The notes: generated from the sequence alone by a model not told the origin. DNA of 63,695 nt, filler included, from Dugesia japonica (GCA_001938525.1; 6 parts of 6 records of this genome joined end to end with filler, not necessarily neighbours in it), one strand, 5' to 3'. Counted from the first letter of the whole stretch, positions 11,637-24,874 are shown. Program-made: numbers and translations.

Positions 11637-11790
11637 CAATTACAAGAATTATTGCGAGAATAATTGTTGGACTAAACCAATGATCGTATTTGAGATTTCA
11701 TTAAATTAAAAGTTTCGATCAAAATACTGTTTTTCTTTTTTATATTTATTTCTTTATAGTATTTCGACTTTATCTTCCCCAGGAATTGAA
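11637..11790 (-). repeat. Penelope-like/retrozyme repeat with a degenerate hammerhead motif
   Basis: Homologous to 21195-21305 and 56277-56430; the minus strand has CAATTC-CTGGGGA-AGATAAAGTC-GAAA (mutated core). Confidence 0.65.
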
Positions 11791-11828
11791 GATAAATTTT
11801 AAATACTATCAAGAACTAAAAAATGAAG

Positions 11829-14796
11829 TGTTGGGGTGAAACACTCAGTTAATAAGAAAACAAGGCTAGGGGCTCAAATCATGAAACATCAAAGGCGGGG
11901 GTTGGAAAGAGAATTAAACAAACGCAGGGGAAAGAATATAAAAATCATCCATAAAAGAAGTCGAAAAGAAAAGCAATTACAAATAATCAATATGGTTAAA
12001 ATATAACGAAAATAATCAATCATAGAACAAAAAATTAAAAAGAAGATGGGTATGGAGATTTTGAGTGAACAAAAACAACTCGCAACCATGCCAGTAATTA
12101 AAGAAAATTATCAAATTAATAATAAAAGACAAAAAAATTATTATTGGAAAATAAGTATTTATCACAAAAATATTAATTAATTTGGACGAAAAAATAAATT
12201 GAAAGAAAATCAATTTTTAACGATTATCTCTGCTCAGAATAATCGCAGAGACTCGGAGAAAGAAAATCTAGAAAGAAAAAGATTGGGGGCATTATGATTT
12301 GGCAACTAAGAAACCATGTCGTCGTCAGGAACACCCCTGTAAGCATCTAGAAAACTAGCCAATGAGGGGTTGAAAAATAAAAATAAAACAAAGAGAAGAT
12401 GATCATATAACGCTCCAAAAATAAACGCCAATGAAAGTTCTAAAATTCCATGAAAACATTTGAAAAGTAACATCAGAACAAATGGAAAACAAGAAATTTG
12501 AACTAAAAATAGTTGTCCAATGTAGAAAAAATAGGGGTGTAATCAAAAACGGTATATAAACCATCCAAATTTTAGAAACAAAAAACAACGTTTTCATAGA
12601 TCAGAGTAACAGAAATCTACGTATTAATATCAAAAGGAGAAGCTCGAATCTTTGGTGATCGAAAATCAACAGAATTACTTATTACTTAAAATCAAGCATT
12701 ACGGCGTGTACTCAAGAAACCCAAAAGTAAAATTATCATTGGTACCAGTTTACTTATTTTCATTTCCAAGGAGATCTTAAGAAAAGAATATCATATTCAC
12801 CCTGTGTAAAATCATAGAACTTAGAAAATATGGAGAAAACCCATTGCAGGAATACCAATCGAAGTTAAAAAGTAAAGAATTTTTGTTTTATTCGTTGTCT
12901 TATAGCAATAAAAACTTATTTAAAGAAAATTAATTTTGCATTATGCTATTATAAATGAAGAAATAAAACAAACACAATTTTATATGTTGTATTTAATCAA
13001 CAAACCTACTTTTTGTCTGTTAAAGTTTAAAAAAATCCAATTCCCGAAAAACATGTAAATTTAACCCTCACTAGCTTGATAAATACAATATTGCCATCAA
13101 CTTTTTCATAGATTAAATTTGAACCTTTAGTAAATTGAGATACCAAGGCCATAAGTGTTACAACTCCCGATACGGAGTAACTTGAATTTTCTGTTTTGAT
13201 CAACCAATGATTCACAGACTAATTGCTGCTTATAACAAAGTAAGAAATCCACAGAAGTAAACCGTATGACACACCAACACACATGTAGAGCACAAAAATA
13301 TCATAGTAATAAGACACACCAGCATCACCTAGTATGAGTCAACACACACGAGGCTGACATCGTGATTGCCAATTTCTGTTAAAAAACTGAATGTGTAAAT
13401 ACCACTTTTAATTTAGTAGACTATTATGACAACCACCCCAATTAATGTGCATCGTCATAAGGTATTCAGCTAGGTCGAATCCACTCTACTTAAAGTCAGG
13501 AACCTGCAATTCTAGTAATTTCATGAGGGTGGGTTAATATAGAGAGGTTAACGGATTAGCAATCTGAAAATATTAATATTGCAAATTATAACATCGTGAT
13601 GATTAGTTTTGGTGTTATGATGATTATCAGTATTGTTAATATTGATCTTACAGTGTGGGAATTATGTATCAGCATGTTTAATGTCCGACGTTCCCATTAT
13701 CGCGATCTGCGTGGGAGTGAGTAAAGTATTTATATTTCATTCGTAGCATTAAATATGGCAGGCTCTATTACCATGATTAAATACAGTTTTTTAGACATAG
13801 CATAGATGGAATGCGGGGCTCAAACATCATTAATACTCCTCGTTAACCGTATTATTAACAAGCAATTATGTTGGACTTCATTATGCCAAATCATTTTGGA
13901 TCTTTCCGGGAACTACCATTATTAATACTATGATTAGCATTAAAATATTGCGGTCATTATTATTATTATTAATTTTATTAGTTTTATTGTTATTAGTATT
14001 AAAATTGCCCTTATTATTATTAATATTATTGTTAATAGTATTCGGATTATTATTAACCGGACGATTATTATCATAATTATCCTCGTCCTTGTTGTTAGAC
14101 ACAGTAGTCGGGAAATTATCAATGTAAAATTGTTAACGCCGTTTTATAATACCTGATAGGATTATCCAGAACGATTAACTTAATTCACCGGCCATATTCG
14201 CAGGTTTAAGATTTTCATTAACAATTGATCCAACTTCAGGAGCAACTATTTCCAGCAAGAAATCAGTTGTGATACTGCCGCGTCCTCTGCTGGTGTTGCC
14301 ACCAGAAGAAGGGTCCTTGGCATTTTTATTATTCACCAAAATTAATTATCTTAGTCCTTAGTCATAATAAAAGTTACCATAATTGTTTGTTAATTTTCTA
14401 GATAATGCCAACCAAGCTAATCCGCACTTTNNNNNNNNNNNNNNNNNNNNNNNNNNNNNNNNNNNNNNNNNNNNNNNNNNNNNNNNNNNNNNNNNNNNNN
14501 NNNATCAAACACCCCGACGAAACCGACTTAGGTTGTTTCGTCCAGATGTTCCCCCTAGAACGCCAAGAAGATCTGGATGAGGAGTAATAATGCGTAAAAA
14601 TTTCCTACTCGTGCTTAGATCAAATTGGTGTAGACAATGGTGATTTATTTATTTGTACTTTAATTTATTTTAATAATAAAGGTTATTTATTTGGTTTGTG
14701 CATTCACCCATATTAAATTTCTTCTGAGTAAAGTTATTTCTGTTTTACATAGTTATGTGTGAGTTTATTAACAGAAATGGAATACCTATGGGAAAC
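11829..14796. mobile_element. LTR-family element, cut by the scaffold end
   Basis: Starts TGTTGGGGTG, resembling 29948; internal decayed minus-strand frames include an Asn-rich tract (13881-14102); right boundary not determinable. Confidence 0.45.
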
Positions 14797-14896
14797 NNNN
14801 NNNNNNNNNNNNNNNNNNNNNNNNNNNNNNNNNNNNNNNNTTAATTAATTAANNNNNNNNNNNNNNNNNNNNNNNNNNNNNNNNNNNNNNNNNNNN
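14797..14896. other. Artificial scaffold spacer N44-TTAATTAATTAA-N44
   Basis: Identical 100-nt six-frame-stop linker recurs five times. Confidence 0.97.
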
Positions 14897-16074
14897 CTCG
14901 ATTTTTTTCAACAAACCTCTGAATATTTGTCTCTGGATTCTGTTCAATTATTTCGATAAAACTCAGAATAGTTGTCTTTTGATTGATTTCAATTTTCTTA
15001 AATCAAACTCAGGATACGTTTGCTTTGATCCGTTTAACTTTCTCAAATAAAATTCACAATATTTTTTTGTGATTTCACTTCTTTTTTCTCAAATCAAACC
15101 CATAATATCTCTCTATCGTTTCGTTTTAGATTGTCTCAAATAAACTCGTAATATCTTTCTCTTGGGAGCACGCTCATCATTTTTTCGTGGAAGACACTTG
15201 CATCATAAGTGTGAAATCATAATATTAAACTAAACAAAATTTATAAGTTTTCTTTATAATCTGTCTTTGAGATCTNTGTCCAAATAATAAAAGTAGATTA
15301 ATTCTTTAAAACTTTAATTTAAGTACAAAATATTTTAACACAAAAATAACTTTAATATTCTGATTTTTCTCGGCTCGCAGTGCATTTTATTGAGTTGAAA
15401 CGTCTGTGGTTCGCCAACCAACCTATATATTGTAACTGCTGCTTTCTCATTGGCCGGTCAGTTCTCTTTTTCTCTGGTGTCCTTCCAAAAAAAACAGTGC
15501 AGGTGACTAGAATACAGCTTATTCACTGTTATTTTGACACCACCTCGCCAACTCGATTTTTCTGCCGGTCACCTCGTATGACCTCTGATGACTGAATTTG
15601 GTTGCTACAGATGTTCTTTGTCTGGTTTATGGTGATTCACGGATTTTCTTGTTAATTTTGGACTTCATTCTCTCTAACCAGACAATGACTATACCAGATA
15701 ATTAATTTATAACACTAATATTAAACGGTTAATGCCGTTACTATAATAAATAAAACGGGTCGTAGAGACCCTTTTAATATAATATTATATTAAAGTATAT
15801 TATTTTTATTACTTAATTTTTTATTTCCTTTTCATGTATCTAATTTTCATTTTTCTATCACGAATTTAGGGTCATCCACGCCCGATTTTTATTTTTCAAC
15901 ATTTTAATATAAATTCGTAATAATTATAATAATAATAATATAATAAAAAGGATAATAATACTAATAATAACTCATTTTCCTGGTTCAGTATTATTAAACT
16001 CTCTTAAGTTTGTCCTTGATTTTCACATACGTTTCTCATTTATTACTCTGTTATATGAATGTTCTAGCCCAACA
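14897..16074 (-). mobile_element. LTR-family fragment with palindromic cassette and terminal GTTCTAGCCCAACA
   Basis: End matches 34388-34401 and the reverse complement of 47694; cassette 15724-15883 is homologous to 29760-29920 and 49018-49177. Confidence 0.7.
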
Positions 16075-16849
16075 ATAATAATACTAATTCTCGCATTGTG
16101 AATAACTGTAGAACGTTTTTAGAATGAGTTAATTTTATTCAGAACCGCTCACTTTATTTGTTCATTTTTTCTGTAATTGTAGATTTTTCAAATTTATTCG
16201 TCTTTTAAAATTTTTTATTGAACAGAAACTTTAAAATAAGGGTTCATTGTAGGAAACTCGTTAATTTCAATCGTAACTTCAGAATTGGTTTTCTCAATAA
16301 AACAATTAATAAAACATTCGATAATGATTAACAATTCTGTGGACTGATTTATTGAACTATTTAATTTAGACTATCCATGAATTTTTATTCCTAAAGTGTT
16401 CTTATGTGTGAATTGCTATTAATAAAATAACAATAATTAGAAAATGAAAATAAATTTGATTTATAATAGATTTCTGCTGATTTTTTTTAGGATTTCGTGT
16501 CGCACTTAACTTCCAGTTCAATTAATTATTAGTCGTTAATTACGTTCATTTTACTAGCTCTATTTTCCGTACCCAGACATTTCATGTAAAACATTTTCAT
16601 ATTAAAGGTTTTTTTCAAAAAAAATATGCAAAACAATAATAATAAATAAACTATTATACCAAAAAATTAATGAACTATTGAAAAACTAGTAACGAAATTT
16701 AATCTTTTATTTTTTAAACTTTCTTCAATGATGGTAAATTGTTGCAATGAAATAAATTGTTAAAATTATTTTTGANAAACACTCCAATATTAAATAAATG
16801 TTTATCAATTTGATCGTCTCTGTTGTGAAATTAATACTTGATTGTATCT

Positions 16850-17320
16850 TTCATTATTTTGTAAGAATTCGATAGACTTTCAAATTGTCACATGTTCAGA
16901 AATGCAATTTTTTTAAAATCATGAAATGCCAACCCTTCACAACCTTGTTTGTCCTCTTCTCAACAAATAAAACAGAATTACAACGATTCCAAGTATTAAC
17001 CTTAAACCTAGCGTTTGAATTTTTCCAATTAGAACTATTAAACTCAAGGCCAACATAGTATTTTACAAGGTATTGTACAAAATCAATTAGCAAAATGGAG
17101 GAACTTCCAACTTAGTCATTAAAAATCGCTATCAAATCCTCTTCAGAAATAAATGAAAGTGCCATAAATCTGATTACAGAATCTCTAAATGTTTTTCAAA
17201 ATCATATAAATTGATGATAATCCCATTTCCTGAATTTTTCGCCAAAGTGACTGTTTACGATGAAAGAGACATCCCTTTTTAATAAAAAATGGGAAACTTT
17301 CAGAAGCGGCTTGAGTAGAG
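16850..17320 (-). mobile_element. Mutator-like (MULE) transposase remnant
   Basis: GCLFHRKQSLWRKIQEMGL and KRTNKVVKGWH (RTNNxxEGWH motif). Confidence 0.8.
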
Positions 17321-17789
17321 AGATATGAGCGCACCAAACAACCTCCCCTCTTGTGAAAAAAAGTTTGGAAAAATTTTAATGTTCTATTACATTTATGTGC
17401 TATTACGTAAGTAGTTTGGAAAATTTGCTATGTAAAAAGGTGACGAGAAAAATTTATGTGCGATTACATAACTTTTACTCGTAGTTTTTGTGTCTAAATC
17501 GAATTTTTTCAAAATTTTATATTTTGCACCAATTTTTTATTATAAATTTATTTAAAAGTTCTTTAAATTTATATAGGAAATTATTCTTTGTTTAAATATT
17601 TCAATTTAATTTATAATAAACATTAATTTTTAAATCTTATAAAAAATTTTATAAGTAGCAAATAATAATTATAATTTATAAATAAGAAAAACATGAAATA
17701 AAATTATAAACATAACATATAACACAACACATATAATCAATAATAAAATAATAATAATTACAAATACAAAAATAATAAGAAATAAGAAA

Positions 17790-20700
17790 TTTCAATAAAA
17801 CATTATATAAGAATTTTACCCGAATATTTTTTTACATTTAATTTTAGTTGGATAATTTTAACAAATTTTTAGTTAAATTTTACAGTTTAAATTTTTAGTG
17901 GTAAATAATTTTCTAAACAAGATTTTAGTAGTTTATTTTAGAATTTTGAGATAGATTAATTTTTCACTCTAATTTTTTATAGGTTTATTTTTAGCAGTTA
18001 ATTTTAGAATTAAATTTTTTATATAAGACTTTCACCGGTAGTATTTTTACAATTGATTTTAATATTAGATTTTAAGTAGTTAAGTTTTACTCTATAATTT
18101 TTTATATAAGATTTTAACAAAGTATGTTTTCATTGGTTAATTTTTAGTTGGATTAATTTTCAAGTAGTTAAGTCTTTAAATTTACATAGAGCAACTTTTC
18201 ATAGAATTAAATTTTTATTTAAAACTTTCACGGGTAGTATTTTTACAATTGATTTTAAGTAGTGGATTTTTAGAAGTTAATTTTAGAATTAAATATTTTA
18301 TATGAATGTATTGAATATAGTAATCAAGTAATCTTGATGAAATAAATAGGTTGAATGTTTTGAATGCTTTTATTAAATTTGATGAATCGATAGATTATAT
18401 TAAATTTATTAAAATTAAAAATAAAATTGAGTATATTATAGGACTTATTTGTGTCAAATAATTGAAAGTGTCAATTTCATTGAATGTATTGAGTGTAATG
18501 ACTGAATAACTTGGTTTTAAATTTTCATATGTTAGATTATAATTTATCGTGTGATTTATGTAACGTTTATATGTTGGGTTAATATTTTCTGTGATGGATT
18601 TCAAATTTTAATATGTTAGATTACAATTTAGTGTGACGGATTCTAACTTTTGAATATTTTCTATGTGAGATTACAATTTTTGTTATGGATTCTAATTTGT
18701 GAATTTTTACATGCTAAGTATTTATTTTTATGTGTTTGATTACAATTTCAATGTATTGTTTAGGATTTTTGTAAGATGGGTAATAATTTTTATGTAATGT
18801 GTGACAATTTTTTTATTGTGTTGGTTTAAAGGTTCTGTTTTAAATTTTTATGTAGTGGTTTAGATTTTCATATTTTGGTTTTTAATTTAAAGTGTAAGCT
18901 TTGAATTTAGGTATAATAGTTTCCAATTTCATGTTATGAGTTTAATATTTTACATGTTGAGTATTACTTTTTAGGTTAACTTAGAATTTTTATTTATTAG
19001 TTTTGATTTTTGTAAGATGGATTACAAATTCTATGCTTTTGATTACAATTTGTATTGTATTGGATTAGAAATTTTAGTGAATTTGTTTAGAATTTTTATG
19101 TATTAGTTAGGAAATTTTATGTACTTGTTTAGAATTTTTATGTAATGGTTACGAATTTTTATGTAATAGTTTAGTTATTTGTATGATGGGTTATAATTTT
19201 AATATGTTGGTTTTGAATTTTAAAGTGTGGACTTATTATTTCTTTGTAATGTGTTAAAATTTTTATTGTGTTGGCTTAATGTTTAAGAGTATTAGTTCAA
19301 AATTTTTATATATTAGTTTAGACTTTCATCTATATGTTTTGAACTTTAAAGTGTTGATTTATAATTTCGATGTATTGGATCATAATACTTTGTATGTCAG
19401 CTTTAAATTTTTGTATTGAGTTAAGTTTTGTATAATGATTTATAACTTTTTTCGATTGATCGGTTAAATTTAGTGTGATAGATTTCAATTTTCATACATG
19501 AATTAAGAACTTTAATGTATTGGTTAAGAATTTTACATGATGGGTTATTATTTTTATATCTTGGATTAGAAATTTTAACTAGATTAAGATGACTGAACTC
19601 AAATTATTGAATCAAATTATGCACCTAACAAACTTTAGACTGAATAATTAGTGTATATTTTTATTAAATCTACTTATTTATAAGATCGTTATGATTATAT
19701 AAGTGTATTGTATAAGTATCATAGTAGATAATGCGAATGATAGATACATAATACGATTTGTGAAAAAAAGTAAATTAGGTAAGACGAGGTTGAGTTTACA
19801 TAAATGAAATCCTATGTTCCGGATCAAGTGTTTTCAATAAATTGTTTATTGAATGTATCTATTTTATTGGGTGTTATGGTTTTATATGATATAATTATTG
19901 AATAAATTGAATGCACGATGGTTAATCGTATTGAAAATTTTGCTGATATTTGTATGAAATTACCACATACTTATAATATTAGTACACATATTCTAATAGT
20001 AAAAAGTAGGAATTGTGAAAAATTATTAAAAGTGAGAATATATCCTATTGCAATTTATTGCTTATTTTAATGAAATCTATATTTGTCATGACTAAAATCT
20101 TATTTTCCATCATAAAACTCTTAATTTCTATGATGACTCGTATATATTCTGAAATATAACCCGTATAATATTTGATGAAACTTGTATATTCTGAGATGAA
20201 TCATGTATTTCTATGATGAAAGTGACTAATTTTTCCATATAGATATTAGAATTCGCACAGTAAGCACTGATTACTATACAATTGACTGTTGTTCCTTTGC
20301 ATATGTATTGTACTCATATTGCACCTATATTGTACTTATATTACCCACGTATAAGAAAAATTCATTGCTGAATAGACTAAATGAGTTTGAATGACTAATT
20401 TAATGTTGTTTCTGATAGATAAATTGACTATAATTTTTATGTTTTTGATAGAATCAATGAATATCTATAAGAACATTANATATTTTGTACAAAATGCTAT
20501 ATTTTAGCAAACTTATTAAAATTTATAGATTTTTGCATGAAATTTGTATAATTCTCATCAAAATTACTCAAGATGTTATTGAAAATTAGGTATATTTGTG
20601 TTATTCAATGACGTTTGAATAAAATTGATACTATTTTATTAGAAGTTTGGTTAAAATAGTATGAAATTATTGTTTACTTATGAAATATTTGTGTATGGTT

Positions 20701-20790
20701 GATTAAAATTGTTATATTATTCACGAGATTGTGTAAGCTTTATATATTCCTTAATGAAAATAGTATATTTGATAATGACATTAGATTAAA
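17790..20790. repeat. Long, highly degenerate array with ~21-nt period
   Basis: Units such as TTAGAATTTTTATGTA.T.GT (19087-19170) and T(G)AAACT.GTATATTCT..GA (20094-20220); strong T/G skew on the + strand. Confidence 0.7.
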
Positions 20791-21194
20791 ATTTTATTGA
20801 AATGAGTGAACTGTAGTCAGAGAAATTGAAATTTAAAGACGGAATACCGTAAAGTCCCGCATGAACTTGAGGTAGATGAAAAAATTCACGAGGCATTGTA
20901 AAATTTCTGAAGGCTTCATAGTATCTAACACTAGAAAATATTAAGATGGAAAACGCATAAAAAAGAACAGTTAGGAGAAAAATAGCAAAGAATATGTCCA
21001 AAAAGAAATATAAACTCCCAAAGCCTCGAGGCCCAACTAATATAATTACGTAAAATAATTTAAAAATATATTTTTTTTTAAAAATAAACAATTTTGTATT
21101 TCAACATATATTTGTATTTTTTTAAAATTATACAAGTTGATAGAACAGAAAATTCTTTTAAATGAAATTATTAACAAAAAATATATAAAAGTTT

Positions 21195-21305
21195 TACAAT
21201 TGCAATTATTTCGAGAATAATTTTTTGATGTAACCATTGATCGTTTTTCAGAATTCATTTAAAATAAAAGCTTCAATCAAAATTTGTTTTTTGTGTTTGA
21301 TAATA
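21195..21305 (-). repeat. Fragment of the hammerhead-associated repeat family
   Basis: Near identical to 56277-56385 (GAGAATAATT...AACCATTGATCGTTTTTCAGAATTCATTTAAA). Confidence 0.75.
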
Positions 21306-21539
21306 TGTTGTGTATTCTAACTCAACAAAAGATTTTATGGTTCGTTATTAACAAATATCTTTATCAAATTTTGGATGTTAATATTTTATGATGTGTGTAC
21401 TACAATATTATATAACTGTAATATTTTAAACANNNNNNNNNNNNNNNNNNNNNNNNNNNNNNNNNNNNNNNNNNNNNNNNNNNNNNNNNNNNNNNNNNNN
21501 NNNNNNNNATGTATAATAAATATTTGTACAGTATCTCTA

Positions 21540-21720
21540 TCGTCAGACTTAACTCGCAATATTTTAATTATATGAACTACTGCCGCCATTAGAGGTTGGA
21601 GTGTTCTATAATTGAAGTCTGATTTACACTAAAAACGAATCAGTATTTATACTGATTTCACACTATTGGGTTTCATACACCTACACCATAATTTTCAAAA
21701 AATAAATTCATATTGTTAAT
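21540..21720 (-). mobile_element. Fragment of the 8226-9134 LTR family
   Basis: TGCCGCCATTAGAGGTTGGA...GTCTG...AATCAGTATTTATAC...TTTCACAC matches the reverse complement of 8730-8830. Confidence 0.7.
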
Positions 21721-22151
21721 AAAAAGTTTTACACATTAAAACAACTCAATCACAATTTTTTATAAAAATAATTGTTCAATTTAATATTATATAATTAAAA
21801 ACTTTTAACAATTAAAATTGATCAAATAAAATACATATAAAATAAATAATGTCATTTAAAATTAATCAAATAAACTACACATAAAATAAACAATCTCATA
21901 AAATAACCAATGTCATAAAATTCAAATTAAATATTAAAGTTAGATCAGATAAAATATTGAAGTCAATTATGAATGTTGAATTGGTTGATTGGATATGCTC
22001 GAGGACTTGAACTTGATGATTGAGGACTTGAACTTGATGATCTGATTAGGGATTAAGTTGGTGTTGTGATGTTATGTTTGTATGTTGTGCATGCTATGTT
22101 TTATGCTTGCGTGTTATGCATGCTTTGTACAACTGTACCTCAACAAATAAT

Positions 22152-22195
22152 AATTCTATATTTCGACTTTGTCTTCGCAAGGAATTGACTTTTTT
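22152..22195 (-). ncRNA. Degenerate minimal hammerhead ribozyme copy
   Basis: AATTC-CTTGCGA-AGACAAAGTC-GAAA-TATA-GAATT; CUGA core mutated. Confidence 0.55.
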
Positions 22196-22495
22196 GACTA
22201 ATTTGTATTTGTTTTTACTTTGTTTGAATAAACAAATTATTATTGTCATCGTTTTATTAATAAAATTCTATGGGTCAATGAGTGTTACAACGATGCGTGT
22301 AAAAGATTAATTTTGCGATTATTAGTGCTTTCATAAATATAACTCATTAAAGAATACTCTTGCTAGAAATATTTCAATCCAAATTAATCATTACAGTAGA
22401 TGCATAGGAACCCACTGCAATACCTCTCCCAGGAGAGAAATTTTTAAGGTTGACTTGTCTTAATGAAATCTTGTTGAAAATTTTTAAATACTTTG

Positions 22496-22741
22496 TTATT
22501 TTAGGAATTTTGACTGGATAAACATATTACGGGTTGAAATGCTAACATGTTCACATGGTAGACAATTATTCTTTTCTACCCATATTCTTTTGTCATCTGT
22601 GTTAGTAAAAGCTACTTTAGGACTCTTAAAGCTATACACTCGGTAGTTTCTAATCTCTATTCTAAACTGATTCATCGAGACCGATTGATTATTGTTGTAA
22701 CAATTAAGATACGATTTATGTGTTAAGCCAGTATCTTTCAA
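22496..22741 (-). mobile_element. Polinton/Maverick protein-primed DNA polymerase B, C-terminal fragment
   Basis: FRIEIRNYRVYSFKSPKVAFTNTDDKRIW...LPCEH fits the K.AL...DDKR...LP.GH C-terminus of Polinton pPolB. Confidence 0.8.
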
Positions 22742-23591
22742 TTAATTAAATTAAAAAAGATGTTTAAGTTATTTTAACTTAACTTAAATCTGTATTATTT
22801 GATTACATATTAAAATATAAAACAAGTTTATTATCTAAACTTTAAAAAAATGTTTATTTTAATTTTTCAAGATATTATTTACAAATTGTTTTATTATAAA
22901 AAATTAAAACACTAGAATCTTTTTAATTCTAAACAATTCAAAATAAAAAAAAATTATCTCTAAAAATTCTTGTTAAAAGTCTTGTTTAAATAAATCACTA
23001 CAATCGTATATAATATTTTATTAATTCAAATTGAAATATCTTTTTAAAAATTAAAATTAAATTAATATTAAATTATTAATTTATTATTATATTTATTATT
23101 TATATTTAATTAAATTGTCTGTAAAATTGTTGTTTAAAATATTAGGTTTTTTCTATTTTAAATGAGGTAAGAAAGCATTTATGAATGTTAATGTTTTACT
23201 ACAGATTTTAGTGAAAAGGATTTGTTTCTAAAGGCAGTTGAAACTGGATCCAATAGAAATTTTCAAATATATTTCAAAAGTCAATATTTGGAAGAAGTAT
23301 TTTATAATGTAATTTTTGTTACAATATTTATAAAATTTAAAAAGAAATGCCTCGTTTTAAAATTATTTTTGATTGATAAAGTTTGAATTTATTTTTTTGA
23401 TGGATACGTAAAATAAGTAATTTTCACTAACAATTTAATATTATTCCGCAAATTATATTATGATAATTTGTAAGTAACATGCCTAATATTCTTGTAGTGA
23501 TTTCTATTAGATAATTCTGTATCGATTTAGATGAAAAATGAAAGTTTTACAATTGACATTATTGTCAAAATAATTGTTATACTAAACCATT

Positions 23592-23691
23592 NNNNNNNNN
23601 NNNNNNNNNNNNNNNNNNNNNNNNNNNNNNNNNNNTTAATTAATTAANNNNNNNNNNNNNNNNNNNNNNNNNNNNNNNNNNNNNNNNNNNN
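23592..23691. other. Artificial scaffold spacer
   Basis: N44-TTAATTAATTAA-N44. Confidence 0.97.
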
Positions 23692-24053
23692 ATACAGTTA
23701 AATAATACATATTATTCAGTCAACAGAATGGAGTTTAATGTAGCAAATAACGAAATGTTATTTCCCTTTAGTTCATATATAAATTGCTGTAAAGAATTTT
23801 AAGTCAAACCACAACTTAGTTTACAAGATTTCAATAAATTATCTCCAATATTTTGTGTTGATACGTCAGCACAAGACTATAAATTGGCGATTAATAATGT
23901 TGATGTTTCTTTACATTGTTCAAAAGAAACAGGTTTCAAAGCTAAATTATATGGTTTAATTCTTGAAGAAAAGAAAATTGAAATGAGATTAAATGGAGGA
24001 AAAATAGGTATAATAGAAAATTTTAGAGGAGATGCCAAATTTTTATAAAAATG
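23692..24053 (+). pseudogene. Polinton major capsid (double jelly-roll) C-terminal fragment
   Basis: QDFNKLSPIFCVDTSAQDYKLAINNVDVSLH...LYGLILEEKKIE fits the Polinton MCP C-terminus; adjacent to other Polinton genes. Confidence 0.7.
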
Positions 24054-24210
24054 AATGAACAAAATTAGTATTGTAATGTTAGTAATTCTTCTACTTTACT
24101 TAAACATAAAGCTAGACATGAAGAAAGGATAAACAAATAAGAAATCTTATATGTTTAATTTTTAAATTTAAATCTTATATGACTAATTGTAATACTAATA
24201 AATAATTTCC

Positions 24211-24600
24211 ATGGGAGAAAACTGGTGGAGATATTCAATCTCCTAAAGTTACTTCATTATTATTAAAACCATTTACTACTGAAAAGTATCCTGGTGAAAG
24301 ATATTTATTTAGACATAATTATACTGGACCATATACAAGATTGGATATTAGATTAGATGAAAATAATAATCCTTTACCGGGAGAAGAACCAATAAATAAA
24401 GTTGACGCTGCAACATTAAAACAAGATGTTGCTTATAAATCCTAAGATTTATGAGATAGACATATCGCGGATGTAAATTTAATTCATGATTTAAATAATA
24501 TTGAAAATCCTTCATTTAAAGAAATGATTCAAAGAGCTTTATTTAAATTGGCTATCAAAGGAAAAATATTAATTGGAGGAGGATTAGAAAGACAAACTAA
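24211..24600 (+). pseudogene. Polinton parvovirus-type phospholipase A2-like ORF
   Basis: HNYTGPYTRLDIRL...PINKVDAATLKQDVAY...RHIAD matches the YxGPGT / D..A..HD..Y PLA2 pattern; the catalytic His reads Q here. Confidence 0.8.
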
Positions 24601-24689
24601 AAATATAGCTAATCAAAAGATTATTAAACAAGCGGCGCAAGAACACAAAGAAAAAGATGAGGATAATAATAATAAAATTATTGAAACGC

Positions 24690-24834
24690 AAGAAGATGAA
24701 TTAAATTATGCAGCGGAATTACATCATGAATATAGAAAAGCAAAAAGATTTTTAAAAGTACAAATATTTTTAATTAAGATCACAAATGGGTGATGTGATA
24801 TTGCAGATATGGTTAAAAAATCTACTGATAGCTT

Positions 24835-24874
<40 letters not shown>

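Noticed and set aside
17790-20790. CRISPR-like array
   Set aside because: No conserved repeat alternating with unique spacers, no cas genes, eukaryotic context
22496-24053. PolB and capsid as one contiguous Polinton
   Set aside because: A scaffold spacer (23592-23691) separates them, so linkage is unsupported
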